From Lobosporangium transversale (Eukaryota), in the NCBI RefSeq assembly GCF_002105155.1, contig NW_019028998.1, positions 62,001-126,000 on the forward strand: a stretch of DNA of 64,000 bases, given 5' to 3'. The position numbers were made by a program, and so were the translations under genes. The notes below the pieces were generated by a model, which was given only the letters and a program-made list of their open reading frames with translations, was not told where the DNA came from and ran no database searches. Positions 25,857 to 40,818 of the stretch are shown in pieces (position 1 is the first letter of the stretch; the number at the start of each line of letters is the position of its first letter).

Positions 25857-27454
25857 AAAAGAAAAGAGGCCATACCGTTCGAAAACTCTTCCCAGAGCTT
25901 GGCGTTCAACTGCCCAGCCAACCGTACATCATCTAACAAAATGACTTCAGTCTCAGTTTCTAATCGTCGTTTCGATGGAAGGATAGGTACATGCAAGAAG
26001 CACGACTGTATTGGCGCAAGTTGTGGACTGGCATTTGGTTGTCCGTTGAGATCTGGAATTGGGATACGCCAACCATCTGTATCCATGATATCAGGAAATG
26101 GTACTGCAATAGTTGCGTCTAAATTCGTGCCTTCGAACGCGGCTGGATCCAATTGAGGCGGTCCTCTGAAGAAGCGGTTTACGCGCTCAAGGATGGGTTT
26201 AGGTGCATGGAATCTCCTTTCATCAGTCAAAAGGTGAGCGATTCGCTTCCTGAAAGGAGTAGCCGAGGAGGATTCTGCAGTGCTAGATACAGATGATACA
26301 GCGTTAGGGTCCAGCCCATTGATTGAAGACTCTGCAGAGATGGTGGAAGCATTATCTAATGATGAATTGGCTTGCTGAAGCGACGGTGGTGGTGACGGTT
26401 GGATTTGTATTTGAAGTTGCGAATATGGAGGTGGATGATTTGGAGCTCCCAATAGATGCGATTGTTGCTGGGGTGCCAATATTGCACTACCTTGGAGATT
26501 ACTATGTACATTTGTAGCGGTAGGAGATATTTGCGTAGGTATTTGAGGAAGCAGGACACTGCTAACGAAATCAGCTGACATGTTTTCGACATGAATTGGA
26601 TCACCAAGTTTAAGTCCGTGATGCGCTCGCCACGCGTCTAAAACTCTTTGCCACAGCTCAAGCGCTCCTGATGTTCTATGAAGTGTGGATGGTTGAAGGT
26701 GAATAAACGCCTGAACTAGAGCCGTGCAAACTTGTTCTGTGCATGGTCTGATTGGTATGGTGGAGAGCTCCTGAATGAAACAAATTTAGGGTGATGCGTT
26801 GGCGTTCGATTAGTGATAAATTATCTATAATGATCAAGCTTTGCGCTGAGTCTGACAATTTAAATCGCTTGCAACCTACCAGGAGGAGTTCAGCACATTC
26901 AATCTGGTGTGCAATTGAAGGGAAAGAATAAAAATTAGGCATAGTTACACGGCAGTAGGACAGAAACGACGGAAACCCTCGGTTTATGCTTTATACCACA
27001 TCTTTCCCATAGAAGCTACTTTTTTTATACTTTTCGTCGAGGGTTGTTCACCTACCAGGGTAGCCTTTCTAGATTTATGAATGTCCCACTGTTGCTTACA
27101 GAAATCCGTCTCGTTCTGAAATCGGTGGTCATGTTTCCACAAGCGATTGAAAATGATATTCCTGAATGCTAACACAGTGGTCTCAAATAATGAAAAATCT
27201 TGGGTTGTCTTTTGGCGAGCATGTCCACGTCTATGGCTCCCTGAAGAAGGTGTTCCGTTTTTAATTATAGAAGGATCAATCTATTTAACAGTTTGCCATT
27301 CAGACAAATAATCAGTCTCAGATTTACAAAAAGTTCCCTCCTGTGTTATATAGGGCTTGACTTTGGTCACCTTTTGAAGCTGTATCTGAAGAGGGGTTTG
27401 CCTGGGTTTTGAAAGATCACTGACAGATAAATAATCTGAATTTGCACGCTCCAT
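25030..27454 (-). CDS. ParB-type HTH + Dam-like (N6-adenine DNA methyltransferase fold) fusion protein, catalytic motif degenerate; 6 exons, about 624 aa
   Basis: Exons 27454-27371, 27280-27056, 26903-26880, 26770-25876, 25771-25635 and 25539-25030 splice in frame at GT-AG sites with no stops. Alternative starts at 27469 and 27496; the first exon is the least certain. Motifs: LAFRNIIFNRLWK..FCKQQWDIHKSRKATLIECA; APKPILERV..QLDPAA..DG..CFLHVPI; KLWEEFSNGNVVEAISIV..TWF..C..LKF..SYIAVFLG..FVQTFQDLG. Confidence 0.7.
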
Positions 27455-28918
27455 AATGGCAATGGGCATAAAGGCCAAAACTGAGGTCAATGTCATTTTC
27501 GAATGAGGCCATGTAAGGCACTCAGCCACATTTGTCTGCGGACAGAGGCTGAGCACTTTGCCAGCATAATTTCCCTGCTTTTTACAACATTTGCATACCA
27601 TTCGTTTATTTTACAGAAGCCAACAGATATTTGAATCTTGGTAATGCTGCTCCAATAAACTGGGTCCTGAGCCTCCGGTTCCTCCTTGCCAAGGACCACC
27701 TGAATAGAGCCTTCGGCCAAGGGTACTAACTCTCCGGCTTCTCAGAAACGTGTCAAGAGCACAATCTAAGAACTATTGAGTATGTCCTAAAAATCCACAG
27801 GTTGCCAAGATCTCATACAGGTTGATTCTTCAACAAACCAGAGAGATCCCTCCCCCCTCATGCGTCGTTTTCAAAGAAATCATCCCATTAGGGTTTTACA
27901 AATCCTATAAGCATGGCATTTCGCCTAGAGAAGAGCTATTGATCGGCACAGATTATGTGATCCTTTGTCCGAAAGGATGACAGTATCGGAAATTATGCCA
28001 GTCTCTGCAAGAATTGCGCAAGCCCAGATCCACTGAATAAATAATCGAAGGCATCAGGAGGAGTCGCCAAAGATAGCTGGTTTACACATATCAGTTGATG
28101 ACCTCCTTCGATTGCTTGTTAACTTGGTTGAAAAGCAGTCAGTCTGATCACTTCTAAAAGGCATAAGCATATAGACGCTCTAAGGAAGGCGTAGCATGCG
28201 GGACTCGAGAAGATTCTTCCCATTTCTAGAGATGTTGTGTATATTTTATTAGAATATTCTTTCGTACTTTAAAGAAAAGTAATCCTCATTTATTACTATA
28301 TACAGCATATTGTAATGGAACCAGGATATATTTCTTGACATTCCTATACGTTCCTAGATTCTTGAGCCGCAGTATGTTTCTGGTGTCATGTTGTCGTTGG
28401 AGCATATTAATAATAGCGATTTAGTGGAAGCACACATACAAAAACAGCAATTGATTAGTAATTATGATAATTTGTCATCTATGCCTCGCACCCCTTAATA
28501 AACAAATTTCTTTTAGTATATCATGCAGCATTTGTTGAACTTGTGTTCTTCCTCAAATTTATCACTCTCAAAAAAAAGTAATGACCTAGACAATTCACAG
28601 GAGGCGAATAGAGTTTATTTTATTTTGTTTTATTTTATCCATACATCCATCGATCCATCTATCAGTTTATCAAGAGTAATCCATCGACAACTGGGGATAT
28701 TTCGTCCGGAGCAGTGAACAACTTATGATATCACTATTACCATCAACTACGGACTTGCATCAATAACGACATGAAATTAGATTACAAGTTATTATGAGCA
28801 AAGATGGAGAAAAAACAAAGGATGCATTTTATTACAGTCAGAAGAACTTATGAATGGATGCTGATGCACCGACATGTAGAACAAAAACACACTGGATCGC
28901 TAGTTTCTGTTAATCTGA

Positions 28919-30204
<1,286 letters not shown>

Positions 30205-30432
30205 GCGAAATAGCTGGAAGTAGTTTTATTAAAACAATAGGAAATGAAAATAAACGAGAATACAAAAAAAAAAAAAAAAAAAGTTTATACACAATAAATT
30301 TTAATGTAATGTGGAGGATTGAAAGTTTTTTTTTTTATCTGCATAAAATGTCAAATGTCGTTCTTTTATCTTGTCAACTTTATCTATTTACAACGGACAA
30401 GGTCATACTTCAAACTAGGGGCTTCTTTTTTC

Positions 30433-33400
30433 CTACAAGTGGTTCAAGGGTGCTACAGTTCGTGGCTGTTTCCACAGTTTTAAACTCAAAAGTGCTGCAA
30501 TGCCAGCCATGATACCTCCAATACGAAGCATAACGCCAATGGTCTCAGGATCGCCTGGCTGATCGGATCCTTCGCCTGTACCCGTGTTTGCGTCGCCTTC
30601 CTTCGGTTCAATCGCTGCAAACACTAAACTACTTAAAAAACTGACCAGAAACTGTGGTAAAACAATATAAACGTTATGAATACCCAACAGTGCGCCTGCA
30701 GATGATACTTCAGAAGGCGGCCCAGAGGCAGAGGCAGATCTTGACGCAGAATTAGAGCGGCTAGATGGAAGTGCAGGATGGTTTGCGTTATTATTACTAT
30801 TGTCACTGTTATTATCAATAGAGCGCGTGTATCCATTTGACCCACGCCGCTCTTGAAGTCCCTCACGAGAGGAAGACGATCCTGTTGATGATTGAGATCG
30901 ACTGCTCTGTTTCCGGACCAACGTTCTTCCTTCATCTTCCCTATGTTTCCTGACGTTTAAATGACCATCATGATCATCTCCAGCCACATCTGTGTCAGAA
31001 TCTGTAGGATCGATAAGTGCCATGGCCACACCTTGGTCTGGTGGGACTGTCCAACCAGCAGGTGCTGCCACAATACTGGATAGTCCATCCACAATCGTGG
31101 GCGAGGACGTGCTGGAATGACGTCCACCTTGAAAGTTAGATTCAACCACTGTTATCACCTCATCCAGACTTTCTCTTCCTCCTCTCAAAGGTTGATATTG
31201 CCTTCCGCGGCTACTATCAACCATTTGGATTTCTTCACCTCCACTGTCATCGTCGTCATCGTTTTGCTTTTGAAAAAGAACCTCTGTTGACTCACGAGAT
31301 TGTGACTGGTTCGATTCATGAACACGGTTTTGATGTTGTTCCTCTTGCATTTGTTGGGAAATGACTTCGCCCAAAATAGAGAATGGAGCCCACATCGTCA
31401 CAGCCCATGAAATACCACAGCCAGCAAACAAAATGGTCGATCCTCTCAGGTCATGAATATACCACGTGCTTATTAACGAGAACGAGACTAGCACTAATGA
31501 CAACGTGTACATTCTAGGCAGAGTGAGTCCCCGAATAGGAAGTTGTAGCCATTGGGGGAGCTTTATCCTATTCCACTTTGAAGTCCGTTTTGTGCTCAGA
31601 TGTCCATTCTCTGATCTCGTGTTTGGAAACGGCCCATTGCTTAATTCAGAGCCAACTTGTTCTGCAGGTGCGACAAAAACTGGGAGCAAAATAGAAGCCG
31701 CCAGTGAAATGATGGAATAGATGAGCAAGCAATAGGATCCTGCTCTAATAGCTGCATCCTGAACGCCATTGACAACATCTTGATCCGCATTCGAAGGTGG
31801 ATTGGGATCTATGGGCGCCCCATTCTCCATCATCTCGCGAGTATAAATCTCGGCAATATAGGTGGATGAATAAAAGAGAAATGGGAACCAACCCATCCAC
31901 GCAAAGAACTGGACATTGCAAAGATGTTGGATCCTTGTAGGAAGATATCGAATGGCCTTGAATATTGTTTTAAATCCTAGTAAAAACTCTTCAAACGAAG
32001 AGTTTGAGGATCTGGGAATCATTTTTCATTTGCAAGATAAGAAAAAGGAAAAAAGAAAAAAGAAAAAAATATGTGTAGAGATTTTTAGTGAAATGTTTTG
32101 TAGACTTACACACTTAGTCCTGTTGTAAAAAAGAAAAAGTCGAGAAAACATCAACTCACTTGGATTCAGCTCGGACCATGACTCGTTCAGTCACAGTTAC
32201 ACATGTCAATCCAACAGCGAAGATCAAGAATAAGCAAGCAATAACACATAAGCCTTTGATTTGTGTATCTCCAAAGGCTGGAATTCTTTGAGGTAGATTG
32301 ACATTGCCCATGAAATATCCTAAAATACCGCCAATACCCATAAGTCGACTCGCCCATGACGCCGCTGCCTCTTGCTGCGAAGCTGGTAAGCTGTCCACGA
32401 TCAACGTCCTGCAGCTTGCTTGAACTAAAAGAGAGAAGAATGAAGTCCGTAAAATGTTTCATCAGTTTCTACTTGCAATAGCAGGAGGTTGAATATATCC
32501 TGTATCAACATTGAAGTTCCCTCATGAAACATGAAAAACATCACCTTACCACAATTGATCGCAAAGTCCAGAATGTAAATAGATCCTACTGCCATTAAGA
32601 TAGTGGCATTCTCTAACTAAGACATGGGCATATAGAGAAAACCAAAGTTAGATTTGCATTGTAATAGAATAAACGAGATCTGAGAGGTGATAGTAAAAGA
32701 TAAAAAGATGCAGATATACAGACATACGTTAGAATAATCTGAACCAAAGACTCCCCTAATGATCTCTCTGCACCATCCGAGACATAGAAAGGAGACAACA
32801 ACCGCTATGACTCCGATGATGAGAAAAGGTCGTCGTCGCCCCAGCTTAGAAGTGCATCTATCTGAGAGCACACCAACTATGGGTTGCATAATAAGCCCTG
32901 AAAATCGTAGTGGATAGAGAAAATGATAAATCACATCCTGGTCAGAGTCGATGCGGAAGGTAGCCTCAGTGTTGCGCTAAGTCAATTTTTACTCGTTATA
33001 TTTTATCGAAAGCCATGAAGCTCCTTATTTCTACCTGATAGAGGACCCGCTATCCATACAAGCGACATGAGCGACTTTGAAAGACCAAGTTGAAGAAGAA
33101 AAGGGGTTCCATAAGCCATTTCCACAGACCCTAAGTAATAAAAGCAAAAAAACCTCCGTTAGTAAATAGGGCATGAAAGTGCGCCGTTGCCAGATTTATT
33201 CTTCTGTGCTCTCACATTAATGATATCATTGTTTTCTCCATTATTGAGCTGGGAAGCATATATAGAGGTAAGAACCTACAAGTAAATTGGAGACTAAGAG
33301 AGCGCCGGGACAGAGGCAGATTCAGGTAAGCAAGCTGCAAAATGGAATCTGTAGATTTTCAGCAATCACAGAGCTTGCACTATTACGGAGCCAGAGTAGA

Positions 33401-33623
33401 GAACTGTTGCTCTTTATGTTTCTTACCCCATCAGGGCTGTGGACAGAAGAATCATACGGATTGACCTGGTAGGCCCCCAGATGCGCGCTCGGCCATGAAG
33501 GCCGGGTCTACGTCCATCCTGTCTCTCCTGTCTCTCCTGCCTCTCCTGTCTATCTCTGCTTTGCCGTGGCTCATCTATATCTGTCCTCCTATGTCCACTT
33601 CTGACGTTTTCGTTTAGTACCAT
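30433..33623 (-). CDS. Sucrose/alpha-glucoside permease (GPH/SUT1/SLC45 family, MFS)
   Basis: [89 protein letters not shown]. Confidence 0.92.
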
Positions 33624-33986
33624 GGGTCGAATTTTATTGCGAGTGCGTTGATGTAATGAGTCGAGTGATTTATTACAAGTGTCTGAATGTCAATGTGAAT
33701 GAAAGATGGCCAAGGTGAAAGGTACTGATTAAGATAAAAAAAGAGAGAAAGTGAGAATAGATACAGAGAGAAGACGCACGAGGTCGTAGGTATTATAGAA
33801 AACTTTTAAAGCAAAAAGAAACCTCGATGAATGTGAAATGGAGCGGGACAGAAAACGCCCAGCTTACTCTGTGTAATGAATAAATGCATTGATGACAACA
33901 TTGCCCTGTTTGTGTTGGATTGTCGGTTGTAATATTATTGGCTCTTCTTGTCTTAATGTACACTAATACTTTGTCAACTATATATT

Positions 33987-36900
33987 TTACCGAGATCTCT
34001 GTTCTCCTCCTCCTGCTGTGCCTTTGGTCTTGCCTGCACCCGCAAGCAACATTAACTCCTCTAGTCCTGTTGGTGTCCACACTCCGGTCTCCTCCGATTT
34101 CACAAACGCTACTTCGTCTGTCATGTGCACAAGGATGCCTCCGGCTGTGCCTGTCGAGTTGCCCCCTAACCGGTACAATGGCTTGCCTGACCGTTCATGC
34201 ATCTGCTTCGTCATTACAAACAGCAACGAGTTCTGTGTTGCATAGTCTTGTACAAGATCTTTAAACGACATCGTGGTGACCAAATGCTTCTTCGTCTGTA
34301 ACCGCCCAAGAGCTTCAGCTGATGCACTCGATCCACTGCTGCCCGCCTTGCCTTGTTGCTGTTTTTGTTGCGTTTGTGCTTGTGCCTGTGCTAGATCTGC
34401 TGGCGCCATGATCTGAAGCCCTGCCATGAACTGGTTGATCATGTCTAGCCCTTGACGGAATCCCAATGCAACACCCGTTTCTTGCACTAGTTCTGCAGGG
34501 AATAATGATTTCCACCATTGATACCATTGTGATACCTGTTCCAGATCCGTAGTTGAGGGATGAGTGAGCCACAAGTATAGCACCTGGTGCCATTTAGGGA
34601 AGAATTCATTCACTAGAAGCGAGCTAAATGTTGTACTAGGGAAATATGAGTGCCATGGAAGGATGGCCTGAAGGATTTCAATCTTCTGGTTTCGTGGATT
34701 AATTTCAAATAATGCCAACCCTTCCACTAGCTTGGGTAATACAGACTTCAACAGTAGTACTTCCATATCTGAATCTTCGAAAACACCTTTCCATGGCCCC
34801 AATATATGCAAGGCACTTGGGTCCAAGACATTCCAGGCTTTAAGTCCAGATGCAAGCTTCCGACGTACTGTGTCAAATAGCTCCTGATCCATGAGTGGTT
34901 GTCCAAGGACGGGTAGCCAGGGATGAATCCAAGTGTGAAGCATAAGCGAATCCCGTGGATTCCATATATCCACCTCCTTTTGAAGTTTAGGAAGGATAAG
35001 CTGAGTGATGATGTTGTCATAGATAAACTCTGGAAGGATCGGAGGTGCCCATGCTTCTAGCAGTTCAATTACCGGGTCACAATCCCGCGCGTTCCATTCA
35101 TTATTGATAGCTGAACGAACTTTGGGAAGCCAATGTTGATTTAACAGGCTCTCGTAAGCCGTCATCTGCTCTGGTTGAACAGGTTTGCTCCCATAGAAGC
35201 TTTCTGTATTTCGATCATTATTGTAGACCACCTTGCTTTTCCGAAGTAGTTTATGCCACCGTCGAAACAACCCTGCACCTAAAGTAGGGTTTCCAAGTAC
35301 ATTCCAATCCTTCAGCAGCCTTTTGAAACTATCTTGAAGTGCAGCAAAGAATGCCTGATCTAGTTCGTACAACTGATATTCTTCAAAATAAAGTCCAGAG
35401 AACATATCGAAAGGCTCCTTGAAAGCATTAGCAATATAATCTTCTTTAATGTCGACTGCAACTCTCCCAGAAGTGTCACTTGTTGCCTCATGAATTTCAT
35501 TCGCAATTTTAGAGCATTGATCCGTAATGGCTAGTACTCTGGTCAGGCGCTCGAGGTTGATCTCATCTTGTGAAATTAATTTCTGCATCCGCTCGCCCTC
35601 TGCCTCTAATACTTTTTGCCGTACATGATCAGCCTTCTGCGCTCTGGCTAGTTGTTCGAGATCTGTAGTTGAGATATCGGCCATCAGCTGCAGGTTGTGC
35701 CGGAGTTCAGGGAAACGTTCATGTTCAAATGGAGTTGTCGAGGTGATCAGACTTGCCGAGGAAAGTTCTCGTACCTAAAATAAATAAATAAAAAAAAGAC
35801 ATACAAGCAGATGGTGATGTCGGTAAAACGTTCATACAGGGTTATGACAAATATAGAAGTGTCCAATATATGTAAGCGTGAAATAGCCGTAATCAACTTA
35901 CAGTCTTTCCTGTCATATCCAAAATTTTTTGAGGTTGCACTTGAGTCATGGGTAAATCACCAGACTCAATTTCACGCTGAATCTCCTCAGCTGTCTTGTA
36001 TTCGACCTTGGCCTTACGTGGCCCGCGACTGCTCGATTTTTTCCACCCATCTGCTTTGATCTCCTGCTCCTTCTTGGCTCCAGCCTTTGACCTGAGCTTG
36101 GCTGGCTCTTCATCTTCATCTGAACTGACTTCAACGCCGCGCCTTTTTTCCTCGGCACGTGTTTGATCTGTCTTTTCCTTAAATCCCTTGAAACCTATAC
36201 CCATCTTAACAGGCCGTAGCTTTGTTTGGATAGGTTCGACAATGCCTGTGCCTCCAACGCCTAAACCATAGCCTTTCTTCCATCCCATTTTCTCCAGCAT
36301 CTTTAGACCAAACCCACTGCCTTTAGCCGAGAATGCGCCATAGTCCTGACTGACTTTGACGGGTGCAATCACCGGTGCTTCCAATTTTGGACTAGATGTT
36401 GCTGCAGGAGATCCTTGACGAGGCGATGGACTGCTAGAATTTGATCCATCCCCACCGAGGCCTGCTCTATTCTTGAAGAAGCTCATGCTGCTGTAGGTGT
36501 TATTTCTGCTCCGATGCTGGCTCCTTGAGCTATTCTCTGCGGCAATTAATGACTCTGACTTATTTGATAGCCCTAGACCTGCCTTGATGGATGCTGCTAT
36601 AGTCTTGTTATTATCGATGGGTATACTGTTGCTGGATAGCGAAGGACTGCCCATTGCCTGTGTCTCTACGGTAACAGATCCAAGCCCAATACCGGGTTTG
36701 GGTCCCATCTGCGGCCGCTGTAATCTGTCCTCATAAGCGTCAACTTCTTCCTGATCCTCTGCCTTCTGGGCTTTGAATGCAGCTTCTCTAGCCTGTCTAG
36801 CTTCTGTTTCCTCTTCATTATTCTCATCCTCATTCTCATCCTCATTATCCAGATCCATTTCGCCCCCGCTCCCCTCGTCGTCTGAGCTATCGCGTTTTTC

Positions 36901-37397
36901 TATGCCACGATCACTGCTTCTTTCCATGTGTTCGTCAGAATCAGATGAGCCTCCATCTGATCTATCTGACATAGTCTTTGGTTGACCAATAGACGCAGAA
37001 GAGGCAGCAACAAACTCGAATCCTTCGCGCCTTCGTCCCCTTGAGCGACCCCCGTCCAATCGAGGCCTTCTGTTGTCTTCATCTGATTCTAAAAATGATC
37101 CATAAATAGCCTCATCCTTTGTTCGCTTGCGCCTAGACCTGTAATTCATATCTAGCAAAGTAAAAAATAAAGGGTAGTAGATGATACAGTGGATATTAGT
37201 ACATTAATTCTAACTGTAATACACAGGATGAATGAAGGTACAAAGTATTGGCATCGATTCCCATGCTGTTTCTTGTTGTTTTTATCATTACCGTCAAACA
37301 TGTCATTGTTGCCGTATAGATCAGTTCCTGTGTCATTACGTTCGTCTTCATCTGAGGACGAGTAAGTATCGTCGAGTGTATGCTTTCTTCTGCCCAT
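33987..37397 (-). CDS. TFIP11: Tuftelin-interacting protein 11 / Spp382 (Ntr1) G-patch spliceosome disassembly factor
   Basis: TIP_N-like RTKDEAIYGSF, G-patch GFGLKMLEKMGWKKGYGLG..GIVEPI, PELRHNLQL and GCFC domain (WNP..LHTWIHPWLP, EFFPKW, WYQWWK). Three exons. Confidence 0.93.
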
Positions 37398-37846
37398 GAG
37401 AGGTGATGTTGCTGCTGATAAAACAACTACTTTTTTTTTTTTTTTTCTTTTTTTTTGTTTTGATGGATGAGAATACACTAGAAAGAACTAGCGAATTGCT
37501 ACTCTACGACTTGAATTTGTTATGTGAATGGCACAGTGCTTTAAGCGAGACAGAGAAAGTTAATCATTCAGCAAGTCACATTCCCGTCAATTGGCACGGG
37601 GACACAACTTCCACTCTCGTCATATCATATCGTCTTCAAGTCTCCTTTCCCTCTCCTCTTGTCTCTCCCTCTTTTTTTCTCTCATTCCTTAAACATTGTC
37701 ATATTAAAACGCCTTTTTTTTGTAGTGTCATTCACATTACATTCAGAACAAAACAAACAATTATCATTATTCAGGATACTGCAAGCGACAATAGCAACCA
37801 CAGCGACGGCAACAGCAACAACACATAAATTTGGACACAACGAGCC

Positions 37847-40818
37847 ATGCTTAGGAATACAGGCTATCAAAAATCAAGCACAGGATCAGCTGTAGGTGGG
37901 ACTCCAACCATGCGTCGCTCAACTGTATCTTCATCGTCCAACAACAACACTCTCACCAGCGCAGAAGGTCTCTCTGCTTCAGAGATTGCACGTAAACGAC
38001 AGACTCGTAAAGACGATGCCATCCGTAAGAAATTAGATCAGGAATTGGGCAAGAAGAAAACTACTACGCGTTCTCATGGGTCTACTCGTCCAGTTCAGGG
38101 CACCGTCGGATCTCTTCGGTAATTGTCTTTTTTTTTTTTTTTTTTTTTTTTCTTTTCTATGCTGTCTTTTTCATCACTGGTAATGTAAAGATAAAAGTAA
38201 AAAAGGTGGTTGTGGTGAAACGGAAAACATTTGAGTTCGTTATCTGCAGCAACAATAGATATCATAATAATTGCTTTATACATAAAAAGGACAATATCCA
38301 GGCTACCTCTCGGAACAAAAAGGGGAGATCGGAAGACGGAGTCAAGGGGCTAACGCATAATATATATGCTTTTTTTTTAATGAACATTATGTCTTTGTTG
38401 ATATTTATTTTGATTTGTGATGTAGTCCATCTCCCGCCTTGACCCTCCCAGATACAGCGATGGTCGTCGACGCTGCAAGGTAAGCAAAAATCTTTTTTTT
38501 TTTTTTTTTTTTTTTTGTAATACCCAAACAGATGGGCCACTTTGACAAGGTTCAGTCTGCTGATCTGTATCCACTTCGGCTCACTATCTTGATATAGAAT
38601 CATGGCAGCCAAGAGGTAAATATATTGCGCAAATCATTTTATTTGCAACATAATTATGCTAAATGCTTGATACACTTGTCTAACATTTCATGAACATGTG
38701 CATTGGGTTCACAGGGCAGATGCTGTTCTTGTCATTGATGCACAAGAACAAACACTAGTTGGTAATTTTTTTTTTTTTTTTTTTTTTTTTTTTGGTATTG
38801 GTATTACAGTGTCTCGTTTCACAAACTGTAATGGATTGTCTGATATGAATATGGAACATACTCTCTTTTCCACATCAATCACAATTAGGAATTATGACGG
38901 ATAAGGACCTCGCATTCCGAGTCGTGGCCGAGGGTTTGGACATCCACACTCCTATCTCACAAGTGATGACTAAAGTAAGGCTGATAATGCAATTTAAAAC
39001 TAGTTTCTAAGAAAAGGCTCAATAAGTTAATGTTTTGGCTCTAAAAATACTTTGATTTTGCTGTGCTGACACATTCTGCGCCATTACTTTCAAACCCTTC
39101 TATAGAATCCCTTTTGCGTTACAACAGATACCAATGCTACAGAAGCCCTCAATAAGATGGTCAACGGAGGATTCCGCCATTTACCGTGCTTAAATTCAGA
39201 TGGTAAAAAAAAAACAGATTATCCATTCTTCTGAAATGTCGTTTGATTTCTGTGACTAAAATCTCATTAATACTGATCTTGAAAAAATCTATCAATCTTA
39301 GGCGATGTCGTTGGACTGCTAGATATCACAAAATGCCTTTACGAAGCACTAGAGAAGTTGGAAAAGGCCCACAAATCGTCCAAGCAATTGGCTGATGCCC
39401 TTCAAGGCATGCAGTCCGAGTGGGCTCAACCTGCAAACCCTGAACTCCAAAACTACGTGGCAATCGTAAGTATCAATGTGCTTGCAGGAGCATAAATAAA
39501 TATCTATGCGGTTTCAAAAGCATATAAAGCTAATATAAGGAACGACATTATCACTGTACGGTTTATGTTCGAACTATTGATATGCAGATGAGGGAAAAAA
39601 TGTCTTCGCCCGATCTAAATACTATTCTGGACGAGCACCATGGCGTAGCTGAGATTCAAGCCAGAACATCCGTTCGTGAAGCGTCAAGGGTCATGAAACA
39701 ATGGCACACAACAGCAAGTCTGATCATGGAGGATGGACGGATTACGGGAATCTTCACAACCAAGGTATGGGACGGCTATTAAAATCTGATAAACTCGACT
39801 CCAGTTCCTCGGATATTGATCCTATTATCGATCGCCAATGGTTAACCTTCTCGTTACTCCCGCATAGGATATTGTTGTAAGAGTGTTAGCAGCTGGGCTG
39901 GAACCAGACAGGACCTCAGTTATCCGAGTCATGACACCCCACCCAGACACGGTGCCGGCTAGCATGACAATCTTGGATGCACTGAAAAAGATGCATGACA
40001 ATCGCTATCTTCATTTGCCTGCAGTGGATGATCATGGTCAAATGGCAGGCCTTGTAGATGTTTTGCAGCTTTCATTTGCAATGTTAAATCAAATGGGCTC
40101 TATTCAAGGTGACCAAATTGTCTCAACTGAGGGTCAAGGTCCTGTATGGAACAAATTCTGGGAGTCAACTTTCGCTAGGGAAGAGACAGGATCAGAAATC
40201 TCTGCGTCCGATGTCCGATCAGGATTTAATCCCCCGCCCTCTGATTTAAACTATGGCACTGGCAGTATCTTGGAATCGTCTGTGCGTCATGGTTCATCTC
40301 CTTTACCGCTTGGTGGAATAGAGGAACTTGGATCCGAATTTACATTCAAGTTCAAGGAGAGTAACGGTCAAGTTCATCGATTTGGATCGAGCACTCGATC
40401 GTTCTCAGAACTGCGCGATAAGATCATTGAGAAGATGGGTGGGCTTGAGCCTGGTCAAGAGGTAGTACTGAGCTATTGTGACGAGGAAAACGATCAAGTG
40501 TTGATTCTGCAGGATGCAGATATTACAGAAGCTGTGCAAATGGCGTATAGGAATCAATGGCCATTGATTAGACTCTCAGTGACCGTTTCATCTAAAACTC
40601 ATCCACAAAACGCAGTAGCCAGTAGTAACGATACCACCACAACCAACACAGCCACCACAGCCGCCAGCAGTAGCAGCAACGATACCAAGAACAAAGGCAG
40701 TAGTTCTCAAGATGCAGGGGGTCCAATGGCAGGTCTAAACCCAATCGTGGTTTCTGGTGCAGTCGGCCTTGGTATCGGTCTTATCATTGCAGTTGCATTC
40801 GGGTTCATGCGAAAGTAG
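37847..40818 (+). CDS. CBS- and PB1-domain protein (Mug70-like) with a C-terminal TM anchor
   Basis: RKRQTRKDDAIRKK, four CBS repeats (GIMTDKDLAFRVVA, GFRHLPV, GIFTTKDIVVRVLAAGL, YLHLP), PB1 (FTFKFK..VHRF..LSYCDEEND) and a hydrophobic C-terminal helix. Confidence 0.9.

Noticed and set aside
26580..27200. LINE reverse-transcriptase C-terminal fragment (LWQRVLDAWR; WYKA)
   Set aside because: No RT or endonuclease motifs. The segments splice cleanly into the HTH part of the 25030-27454 gene.
22202..27454. PARP plus methyltransferase-like gene as a functional defence cluster
   Set aside because: The PARP is an ordinary fungal housekeeping type, and adjacency alone is not evidence without conserved synteny.
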